A stretch of 24,398 bases of DNA from a virus (taxonomy: Duplodnaviria; Caudoviricetes), in the IMG/VR virus record IMGVR_UViG_3300045192_000015, positions 1 to 24,398 of that record, one strand, 5' to 3'. The notes under the pieces are model-generated. The model ran no database searches. It was not told the DNA's origin and worked only from the letters and a program-made list of their open reading frames with translations. Positions within the stretch are counted from its first letter, which is position 1, and the number at the start of each line of letters is the position of its first letter. The position numbers and the translations under genes were made by a program. This document shows, in pieces, positions 1-7,694 of the stretch.

Positions 1-2
1 GA

Positions 3-257
3 AGCGACGGCGGTCCGTATGACTGCAAAGCGCTCATTCCGGAGGTCGTCAAACTATCGACCGACAACCCAAACCCGCTAACAAACGTTAAGCTATTAGA
101 TATCTCTGCCCCGAAAACCATTATCGCGGGAACGTCCAAGACAATCAAATGCGAAGGACGTGGATTTTTAAGTGACGGCACCGAACAAGATATTCGATAC
201 CGTATAATACAGAAGAACGATAAGCCTTGGCTTTTCTTCGAGCCTGTTGACCCCTAA
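3..257 (+). CDS. 3' part of an antisense cargo (moron) gene; hypothetical protein, 5' end outside the window
   Basis: Frame +3 is open from base 3 to TAA at 255-257 (SDGGPYDCKALIPEVVKLS...KCEGRGFLSDGTEQDIRYRIIQKNDKPWLFFEPVDP*). Its stop overlaps the convergent gpX stop. Missing from the ORF track because no start is in view. Confidence 0.7.
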   Translation, partial: SDGGPYDCKALIPEVVKLSTDNPNPLTNVKLLDISAPKTIIAGTSKTIKCEGRGFLSDGTEQDIRYRIIQKNDKPWLFFEPVDP

Positions 258-466
258 TCCCAAAGCGAAATGATTGACGGTGTTGCGTCTGCCCTCGTTA
301 ATTCGGGCAGACGTATCACCGTTCCGAGCGGCAATCTGTGGGGCAAATCTGCAAGTCCTGGATTGGCTTCAAGAACTTGCTCAACGTAGCCGCTTTCGTC
401 GCCGTACTCCTTCCGACAGATCATATCGAGCATTTCGCCTTGGATGGTAGTGTAAGCACGACTCAT
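254..466 (-). CDS. P2 gpX-like tail protein (LysM-like)
   Basis: YTTIQGEMLDMICRKEYG...VEQVLEANPGLA...LPLGTVIRLP...SLWD matches the Phage_tail_X pattern; follows gpU. Confidence 0.93.
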   Translation of the reverse strand: MSRAYTTIQGEMLDMICRKEYGDESGYVEQVLEANPGLADLPHRLPLGTVIRLPELTRADATPSIISLWD

Positions 467-470
467 AACA

Positions 471-896
471 TCACCCGAACAATGTTTGGACGATTGAAAC
501 CGGCGAGAAGTTCCCGCCGGAATATCGTTTCAATTGTATACGAAAGACGTCCTTTCGGGGCATGCCGTTGGCGTCGTGGTATGATTGATCTTCGCTCACA
601 CCTTCAACGACATGCATTCCGTAGACGTTCCCAGTCAGCGTAATAAGCGGCAAAACCGTTCCCGTAATTGCGGCCTGTCGCAACTGTTCGAGCGTGGTTA
701 GTCCACCGAACTCATGCGGGAAAAGAACACCTTCAATAGTGGTCGTGTCACTATCGCCGCCGGTCCACTGTAGGCGGTTCAAGCCGCCCACAGTCTGAAT
801 GTCAGCCCATTTTGTCGACAGCTCGCGCCTGACGCCCGTATATCCAAATTCCAACGATTGGAACATAAACGGGCCGAGACACATTGGAGTTGACAT
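471..896 (-). CDS. P2 gpU-like tail protein (tube initiator)
   Basis: MCLGPFMF...LQWTG...TIEGVLFP...G.VYGMHVVEGVSE...F.IQLKRY pattern; lies between tape measure and gpX. Confidence 0.9.
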   Translation of the reverse strand: MSTPMCLGPFMFQSLEFGYTGVRRELSTKWADIQTVGGLNRLQWTGGDSDTTTIEGVLFPHEFGGLTTLEQLRQAAITGTVLPLITLTGNVYGMHVVEGVSEDQSYHDANGMPRKDVFRIQLKRYSGGNFSPVSIVQTLFG

Positions 897-3247
897 TACA
901 TTCCTCCATCAGAATATGCGCCATTCGATGCCGCTTGCAATTTGGCTGATATAGCGTTTGCGACTGCCGCGCCAATCTCAGCCGGTAAAGCGTTTGTTAT
1001 TGCATGTACGACGACCTGAATATTTGAAGGTGCAGGCGGATTGGTCACTCGAACATCTTGCGTACCACTCGGCACTGTTTGCACAGCTGAAGCGACAGTT
1101 ACTGGCGGACTCCCGACGATGTTGACGTTCTCTGGTCCCGAACTTGCAGGTGATCGGTATTTGCTGACATCTATAGCCATAGCTTCTTTGAACGACGGGC
1201 GCTTGCCGTCTTGTTCGCCAAACCAGAAAGTCGGATCCCATAGAGCTGCGATGCCTCTATTGTGAGTTGCGTTGAAATCTGCCGCTTTCTTCTTTTGCTC
1301 GTCGGTGTGCACACGATCATTTAGAGCATTAAGCCCTGATTGAATTGCATACTCGCCAATCTTCTCGGCAACCAACGCAACCGCGCCGCCGCGAGCGAAG
1401 GATTTCCATCCACCCCCAACGGCAGTGCTCGTCACACCCGAACCCGGCTTGCCCCCTCCCGGAGGCGCTCCACTTGGAGCACCTGCTTTGGGGGTGCCGC
1501 TGCCTAGGCCTGCCACTTTCGCGATTGGACCGGCAACAGCCAACAGGCCCGCCCCAATCATAACCCAGTCAACAGTTGAGAGCTTCATCAAATTATCGGC
1601 AAACGCACCGATGCTATCAGCACCTTTTACAGCATTGATTAATTCCGCAGCCGCAAAGGCAACTGTAGTGATCCTGCCAATCGGTGAAAGCATGAGAGCG
1701 ACCGCTCCCGCAGCAATGCCCATAAGCCCGCGTCCAACCAGACCGATTGCGAGAGCGCTACCTACGGTCATGCTTCCGGACATTCTGTCAAATGCAGATC
1801 CAAGACTAGTCATAGCCCCGGATATATCACCCGCTCCGATATCGCTAACAAAGGACTTAATATCCGAGCCAATTTTTCGAGCGTGGTTTGAAAGCTTTGC
1901 AAGGTCCACCATGCGCTGATCAAATGCGCTGGTATCGCCTTCAAATGCCTTGCCGAACAGAATGTCGCCAAGATCGTTGACCATCTCACGGACGCCGCCA
2001 GTTCCGCCATAACCCAAGCCGCTCACAAGCCCAGTGAGCGACATTTGAATTTTGTCGATCACTCCCACACGCTTGTCGAGAGTGTCGACCACATCACCGA
2101 CGCCGAGTGAAAACTCTTTCAGGGTTGGTAACCATGTGTCACCGTACTTGATACCGCGCGCACTCAGCTTATTTCCGAGAAGTTCAAGGACGTTGGCCGC
2201 AGTGTCTGCCCGGATCATGTACTCCTGAAATGCTGATCCTGCGTAATCAGCCTCCCGACCCACAAGCCCCAGCTGTCGCCGCAGCTCTTTCGTATCGCTG
2301 ATGACAGGCATCAAGGCGCGAGCTTCTTCGCCGAAGAGAGCAAACGCATTAGTTGCCCGTTCCCATTCCGGGAGCTTTCCTATTGCGTCCAGCACCTTGA
2401 GAGTGGTCTTTACGGCATTTTTCTGCATGTCCTTGGCCGCTGCCTTAGGCGACATGCCTATCCGTGCCCAAGCCGCGCGAGCCGCCTTAGCGGTATTGTC
2501 GCCCTTAGTGAGCGCCTTGCCCATATTACGAAATGATGTGGCAGCGACTTCGGTTTCCGCACCCATGGCGACCATAGCGCCACCGAACGCAAGCGTTTCT
2601 GTTGCCGAAAAGCCAAACATTTTACCGGTTGCCGCAACGCGCTTTGAGAAGTCGACGAGATCCGGAGCCTTCGCGGCGGTATTGTTGCCTAAGTGGTTGA
2701 TGGCATCAGCATAAAGCCCAACCCCATCAACCGACAAATTGAGCTGCGTTTTAATTTTGGCGAGAGCGTCGGACGTATCTTTCTCGCTTGTTTCCCAAGC
2801 TACCGATACTTTCGCCACCTGTTCAGTGAATTTCCCCAGTTCTTCGTATGGAATATTCGACTGTCCGGCAGCTGCCATAATATCTGAAAGGCCCTTGACC
2901 GAAGTCGGGATCACTTTCGACATTTCGACAATTTCATTTCTCAGAACAGCGATCTGCGCCGGAGTGCCATCAACAACTTTGCGGACGTCGGCGAATGCCT
3001 CTTCGAATTTGATCGCGGCACCGACCGTGCCCCCTATTCCTTCGCGCAGACCGACATAACCAGCACCGATTGCAACGAGGTTGCGAACCGATCCAGCAGC
3101 TGAAAAGCCGCCCGGCCCCCGCAAGAGGGCCGAACTGGCGCGAGAAGCACGGGAATGTAGACGATCAAGATCCGCTCCGATAACACGCGCTGGGCCTGAG
3201 ATCTTATTAACGAGCGAAACTATCAGTTTTGAAACAAGCGTACCCAT
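896..3247 (-). CDS. Tail tape measure protein (TP901-type core), about 783 aa
   Basis: AAIKFEEAFADVRKVVD, DAINHLGNN, LFGEEA motifs; Ala/Gly-rich with hydrophobic segments. The ATG at 3247 overlaps the upstream TGA (TGATG). Confidence 0.93.
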   Translation of the reverse strand: MGTLVSKLIVSLVNKISGPARVIGADLDRLHSRASRASSALLRGPGGFSAAGSVRNLVAIGAGYVGLREGIGGTVGAAIKFEEAFADVRKVVDGTPAQIAVLRNEIVEMSKVIPTSVKGLSDIMAAAGQSNIPYEELGKFTEQVAKVSVAWETSEKDTSDALAKIKTQLNLSVDGVGLYADAINHLGNNTAAKAPDLVDFSKRVAATGKMFGFSATETLAFGGAMVAMGAETEVAATSFRNMGKALTKGDNTAKAARAAWARIGMSPKAAAKDMQKNAVKTTLKVLDAIGKLPEWERATNAFALFGEEARALMPVISDTKELRRQLGLVGREADYAGSAFQEYMIRADTAANVLELLGNKLSARGIKYGDTWLPTLKEFSLGVGDVVDTLDKRVGVIDKIQMSLTGLVSGLGYGGTGGVREMVNDLGDILFGKAFEGDTSAFDQRMVDLAKLSNHARKIGSDIKSFVSDIGAGDISGAMTSLGSAFDRMSGSMTVGSALAIGLVGRGLMGIAAGAVALMLSPIGRITTVAFAAAELINAVKGADSIGAFADNLMKLSTVDWVMIGAGLLAVAGPIAKVAGLGSGTPKAGAPSGAPPGGGKPGSGVTSTAVGGGWKSFARGGAVALVAEKIGEYAIQSGLNALNDRVHTDEQKKKAADFNATHNRGIAALWDPTFWFGEQDGKRPSFKEAMAIDVSKYRSPASSGPENVNIVGSPPVTVASAVQTVPSGTQDVRVTNPPAPSNIQVVVHAITNALPAEIGAAVANAISAKLQAASNGAYSDGGM

Positions 3248-3420
3248 CACGCACCCGGTTTTTTTGGTTTTTGAGGCTTGGATAGTTCAACGACCTCGTC
3301 GTGCCACCGGACGGCTTCTTCTGGTGGCATTTCAAGGAACGTCGACAAGGGTGTGAAAAGTGACTGACTAAGCCAGATGGCTAGTCGTCGCCATCCGAAC
3401 TTTCCGTGTTCAAGAAAGGG
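3247..3420 (-). CDS. gpE'/GT-like extension of the tail assembly chaperone, reached by -1 frameshift
   Basis: WRRLAIWLSQSLFTPLSTFLEMPPEEAVRWHDE resembles P2 E'. It is in the -1 frame of the chaperone after the slippery heptamer CCCTTTC. Confidence 0.8.
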   Translation of the reverse strand, partial: PFLEHGKFGWRRLAIWLSQSLFTPLSTFLEMPPEEAVRWHDEVVELSKPQKPKKPGA

Positions 3421-3659
3421 CGCATTGCTTCGGCACACTTCCTGTAATCAGTCAGAGACAGGGCGTGCACTTCTGGAACGGTCGCACCGGAGAGCTGCGC
3501 GATCATTACAGCTGTATAACCGTTATCGCCCGTACCCTTTGCAGCTGTTTCGACCCGAACCAGATCGCCTAGGACCGGCTCACGAAACGACAGTTTGTCT
3601 GTTTCCTTTCCTGCAAGGGTGTAGGACTTGGAAAGCTGGAGTGTGGTTTCATTGCTCAT
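3381..3659 (-). CDS. Tail assembly chaperone (P2 gpE / Mu gp41-like)
   Basis: LSFREPVLGDL...MIAQLSG...LSLTDY pattern; lies between tube and tape measure. Confidence 0.88.
   Translation of the reverse strand: MSNETTLQLSKSYTLAGKETDKLSFREPVLGDLVRVETAAKGTGDNGYTAVMIAQLSGATVPEVHALSLTDYRKCAEAMRPFLNTESSDGDD
3414..3420 (-). other. -1 programmed ribosomal frameshift site C CCT TTC
   Basis: XXXYYYZ heptamer in the correct phase (CGC CCT TTC TTG becomes CCC TTT CTT GAA). A GATGGC/GCCATC inverted repeat lies downstream at 3376-3395. Confidence 0.8.
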
Positions 3660-3673
3660 GAGTTATCGGGACC

Positions 3674-4180
3674 TTAGACCAAAAGTGCGTTGCGGATGGG
3701 TTGGGTGACGGAAGAGCCGCCGACCGAAACATCGAAAGGCGACATTTCCAGAATGGTGCGACCTTCGACTTCGAGGCGATAATAGCGAACGGTGATTCCG
3801 TAGTCGTTCTCGGCCATATCGCCGGGCTTCCAAGAACCGTGATCGTTCTTCATGAGACGCCCACGAATATAGCCCGTGGCGTTAACGACCGTGCCGTCTT
3901 CATGCGCAAGCGCACCCGTGATCATAAATTCACGCTCTTGCCCGACGGCTAGGCCAAACAACTGAATGACCTGCGGATCGAAGCCGCTCATCTTGAAGCC
4001 GCTTTCAAGCTTCTCGTAGCCCAAAGGCACGTCAATCGGCATGATCATGCCCGCATTGCGCAATTCTTCGAGCTTTTCGGTTGGCACAGGCAGCGTGACT
4101 TCGCTCGCCTGTCCGATGAGTGAAACGCGGTTTGCAAAGATCGTGCAATTCCGCAGGATATAACGAGGCATGTCAGACAT
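3674..4180 (-). CDS. Major tail tube protein (P2 FII-like)
   Basis: PRYILRNCTIF...EELRNAGM...G.WKPG...YYRLEVEG pattern; follows the sheath. Confidence 0.93.
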   Translation of the reverse strand: MSDMPRYILRNCTIFANRVSLIGQASEVTLPVPTEKLEELRNAGMIMPIDVPLGYEKLESGFKMSGFDPQVIQLFGLAVGQEREFMITGALAHEDGTVVNATGYIRGRLMKNDHGSWKPGDMAENDYGITVRYYRLEVEGRTILEMSPFDVSVGGSSVTQPIRNALLV

Positions 4181-4234
4181 GGCCTAACCTCTTAATCGTT
4201 GAAACTTTAATGATGGAGCGAATGAGGAACAGCG

Positions 4235-5668
4235 TTAGCCGTATGTGCCGTCGCCGATTTCCTGTGCAACCTGATTGAGCAGCAGTTCGTAGCTGACGAC
4301 ATTTCGATGTGAAGTGATCTGAATATCGGTCATCGGTGCAGGAGGCTCAAACTTCACGCCAAGCTTGACGATGCCCTGTGCCATATCGTTGTCGGTATTG
4401 GTTTCGAGCAACCAGACGTCATGCCCCGGCAGGATCGCACCTTCAAGTTCCATGGTACGAAGGAAAGCACGACCGCTTTCGACAAGGAACTTGAGGTTAG
4501 CCCGTGTGAAAGGCTTATCGACAAATTCCAGATATGCCTTTTCAAGCGCTTCATTGATCGCGTCAGCGGTGCGGCGAACTGGAATGAACTGCCACAATAG
4601 GTCTGACGCGCACGTCCAAACGCCCCACAAACGGAAACCCGTACCATCAATATTGACGATAGTGTTGATACGGTTTTCGTTGAGATAGTTAGACTGATCG
4701 CCGTATTCAATCGGGCGGTTAACCCCGACGATGCCACTAACCGGAACGTTGGAACCAGCCCAATGGAAACCTTGCTCAAGGTCCATTTTAGCTTGCTGCC
4801 CGACGAAAATCGAGGAAGACGGTGTCGGTACGTTCGCAGCGAGATCAGTGTCAAACTTTAGAACCTTCGGATCACAAACTACGACGCGTGCCGAATTGAT
4901 CAGGCTGCGGTACTGGACTGCGGCTTGATCGGTCGTATCGGGACCGTCAACATAGGCCAGCGCCTTTAGAGAGTCTGCAACTGTCGCCAGCTCCGCCACA
5001 ACAGGATTGATAACAGATCCGATGTTTCCGGTTGCCGCAGCGCCCTTGGCACCCTCGCCGCCTGTGATTGTCACAGTCACTGGCATACTGTAGCCATAGC
5101 CAGCCTTGCGAACGATAACAGATCTAATTGCGCCCTCATTGACGACAGCTTCCGCGACTGCCCCGGTGCCGGTCCCGCCAGAAATTGTTACCGTCGTCGT
5201 TGCCTGTGCATAACCATTTCCGCCAGCAGTAACATTCACCGATGCAATGCCGTCTGCCGGCGACGTCTGTGTGAAGCCGGGAGCGATTAGCAGCTTCGGC
5301 TTATAAAGGCCGTCCGATACCGCACGACGAAAAGCGTGAACACCGGAGAATGCCGCGCGATTACCGACAAGGTTTGCCCAAGTCTCAGTGGTAGTTTCAC
5401 CCTCTTCGACCCGAACAACAACAATAGGACAAGCGACCTGCGCTTGAACAAGGTCAATCGCACGCTTCAACGTGCCATCATAACCCATGCTGATTGCATC
5501 TTGCGGACGCAGGATCTGCGCCGGTTTATTCAACGGGAAAAGAAGTGGATCGACGCTCTTTGCAGTGCCAATGATACCAACTACCGCAGTACGTCCGATC
5601 CGAACAAGTATCGGGGTTTCTGCACTCTCAAAAACACGTGTGCCGTGGTGAAATGGAACGGTTGCCAT
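4235..5668 (-). CDS. Contractile tail sheath protein (P2 FI-like), 477 aa, with an internal insertion
   Basis: Starts MATVPFHHG after an AAGGAG SD; PKLLIAPGFT, NYLNENRINT, GFRLWG, RRTAD, FEPPAP motifs. Confidence 0.95.
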   Translation of the reverse strand: MATVPFHHGTRVFESAETPILVRIGRTAVVGIIGTAKSVDPLLFPLNKPAQILRPQDAISMGYDGTLKRAIDLVQAQVACPIVVVRVEEGETTTETWANLVGNRAAFSGVHAFRRAVSDGLYKPKLLIAPGFTQTSPADGIASVNVTAGGNGYAQATTTVTISGGTGTGAVAEAVVNEGAIRSVIVRKAGYGYSMPVTVTITGGEGAKGAAATGNIGSVINPVVAELATVADSLKALAYVDGPDTTDQAAVQYRSLINSARVVVCDPKVLKFDTDLAANVPTPSSSIFVGQQAKMDLEQGFHWAGSNVPVSGIVGVNRPIEYGDQSNYLNENRINTIVNIDGTGFRLWGVWTCASDLLWQFIPVRRTADAINEALEKAYLEFVDKPFTRANLKFLVESGRAFLRTMELEGAILPGHDVWLLETNTDNDMAQGIVKLGVKFEPPAPMTDIQITSHRNVVSYELLLNQVAQEIGDGTYG

Positions 5669-5696
5669 TGCGTCTTGCTCCTTTGCTATGGCGCGT

Positions 5697-5733
5697 AAAA
5701 ACACCAAAGTCCGGCTCCATAAGCCGGGCTTGG
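5697..5733 (-). terminator. Probable intrinsic terminator between fibre chaperone and sheath
   Basis: Minus strand CCAAGCCCGGCT-TATGG-AGCCGGACTTTGG followed by TGTTTTT. Confidence 0.65.
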
Positions 5734-5760
5734 ATGCAAAAACTAAGTTGTGAGATTTGG

Positions 5761-6261
5761 TTAGAGCTTCGAAGCCTCTCGCCAGAATTCGTCTTTTTGT
5801 TCGACCGTCCATCCGAGCGCGAGGCGAACGGTATCGCTTAACGGGTGCAGGCGATTGAAGTTCTGCGCACCGATAATGAACATTTGCGCTTCAAACTGAT
5901 CGTCTTCGGTCGGTAGCTGGTCGATAATCGCTTGCAGAGGCGCGGGGATAGCGCCGCTTTGGAGTGCCGCCAATGCTTCCTGACGGCTGATGATCCCAAG
6001 CACCGCGAGATACTGGAAGAACTGGCGGCGGCTGATTTCGTCGGGTACGGGTTCCGGCTGCGGCTCTGGGTCCTTGTATGGAAGGATAGGCCCATACCTA
6101 CCGGCCATAGCATCATCCCATAGTTTGCGGCCTTCCCCGGTATCGTAACCTTCGTGAATGGTCACAGGGATTGTGCCAATGTCCGAGGTGAGTACGGTCG
6201 CATCAAGTAACGAGTGATCTGCGCGAGACCATTTAAGGCCTACCACATCTAGTATGTTCAT
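5761..6261 (-). CDS. Probable tail fibre assembly/chaperone protein, 166 aa
   Basis: ATG overlaps the fibre stop (TAATG). N-half WSRADH...EGRKLW...AGRYGPI is Tfa-like; a PEPQPEP linker precedes the VPDEISRRQF domain common next to fibres. Confidence 0.7.
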   Translation of the reverse strand: MNILDVVGLKWSRADHSLLDATVLTSDIGTIPVTIHEGYDTGEGRKLWDDAMAGRYGPILPYKDPEPQPEPVPDEISRRQFFQYLAVLGIISRQEALAALQSGAIPAPLQAIIDQLPTEDDQFEAQMFIIGAQNFNRLHPLSDTVRLALGWTVEQKDEFWREASKL

Positions 6262-7691
6262 TAGGCGATCCTTTTCCACACTGTTGCGTAGTTGCCGGAA
6301 CCGACGCCGCAACTCACCCAAGAACCACCGGGGGAACCACCCTGAACGTTGCTACTGTTGGACCACTGAAGTAGCGATCCAGCAAGCACACTGCCCGGTG
6401 GAAATGAGGCCAGTTGGTTAGCTCGCATCATGGCGAAACCACCAACAGGCACGGTTTCCGACAAGAGGTAATCTCTTGTCCGCCAATATGCTCTGTCTTC
6501 AGTATAGACTTTGGCTTGGTATAAGCGGTCATCCGCAAACTCTCGAGCTCGTAGTTCAATTCGAGCATGGATTGCGGTGTAAGCATCGGCAGCTCCCCAG
6601 TTCTGCCAGATTGTGCCGACGATATTGCCATTAGTTTGAAATTGGGCGCCCGCCGCAAAAAGTACGCCGTCAGCTATGAAATTACCGTTCTTGCCGTCAA
6701 ACGTCCAAGTCTTCTGTGCTTGGCCATCGTTATGCATGTGAATGAGCTGGTAACTCGTCGCCTGCGCATTAGTACCGAGATTGATAACCCCCTGTGTCCA
6801 TACTCCGCCCCATGCACTGGTATTGTAAGTTGCGTTTAAAACCGGAGAATAGGTGTTGCCAATAGTGGTCGTCTGAGCCTTGAACGGAACGCGACGTTTA
6901 GGAACGCTCGCATACGACCCTCCAGCACTGTCAGCCCAAAAGCTCGCAAGCCAATCTTCACTTGGCGTGGCGGCTATTCCGCCGAGAGAGCCTGTGAGAA
7001 TGTCGCCAGCTTTCTTGATAAACACAGCGGACAGTGCTGCCTTTATGTTCGCCCATGTCGCTTTGAACATGGTGGTGCCGCCACCGGCAGCAACACCAGT
7101 GAAGAAGTCGCCGTCGTCAGGTGTAGACTTGGCGTTAGCGCCAGCGATTGCAGCGCCAACGGTAGCTGTTGTGGTCAGCGCGGGGAGTTGCGCTGTAGGC
7201 ACCTTGCCTCCGCTGTCGAGGGAGGCGACGCCACCGGCGGCACCTCTATCCACGGTTCCAAGTGCGTCAATGTTTGAGCGTCCTTGCGCTCGTTGCGCAA
7301 GGTTAAAGTTCGTTGCAGCGTCGACACGCACACGAACACCCAACGCGTCGCCGACGGTTTTGGCAAAGTTAGGATCGTTCCCTAGAGCGTCCGCCAGTTC
7401 CTTTAACGTGTCGAGGGCCGTGTCGGCTCCGCTTAGGAGATCATCGACCGCCTTTTTGATCGCTTGCGCAACCTCTTGAGCGGTCATACCATCGGTGATG
7501 CCATAACCGCCGAGCGTGGTCGGCCTATTCTCCAAATCAGCAAACTTGTGCGTGTGATTGCTGTAGGAAGTTTCGAACGACCTGATTTTGGCATCAATTG
7601 CAACCAGAGAGGTCGCTATTTTAGTGACCTCATTAATCTGGATGCCTTTAGGTGACGGCAAAGGCCAATCGTAATTTGCCGTATTAGCCAT
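6261..7691 (-). CDS. Tail fibre protein
   Basis: HTH...RPTTLGGYGITD fibre repeat, ALDTLKELADALGNDPNFA (gpH-like), GGVASLDSGGKVP, Gly-rich variable C-terminus. Confidence 0.92.
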   Translation of the reverse strand: MANTANYDWPLPSPKGIQINEVTKIATSLVAIDAKIRSFETSYSNHTHKFADLENRPTTLGGYGITDGMTAQEVAQAIKKAVDDLLSGADTALDTLKELADALGNDPNFAKTVGDALGVRVRVDAATNFNLAQRAQGRSNIDALGTVDRGAAGGVASLDSGGKVPTAQLPALTTTATVGAAIAGANAKSTPDDGDFFTGVAAGGGTTMFKATWANIKAALSAVFIKKAGDILTGSLGGIAATPSEDWLASFWADSAGGSYASVPKRRVPFKAQTTTIGNTYSPVLNATYNTSAWGGVWTQGVINLGTNAQATSYQLIHMHNDGQAQKTWTFDGKNGNFIADGVLFAAGAQFQTNGNIVGTIWQNWGAADAYTAIHARIELRAREFADDRLYQAKVYTEDRAYWRTRDYLLSETVPVGGFAMMRANQLASFPPGSVLAGSLLQWSNSSNVQGGSPGGSWVSCGVGSGNYATVWKRIA

Positions 7692-7694
7692 CTA

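Noticed and set aside
5669-5812. N-terminal extension of the sheath ORF
   Set aside because: It spans a terminator; the SD and family N-terminus point to the ATG at 5668.
6261-7691. Diversity-generating retroelement or invertible fibre cassette
   Set aside because: No reverse transcriptase, invertase, duplicated fibre end or template repeat seen in the window.
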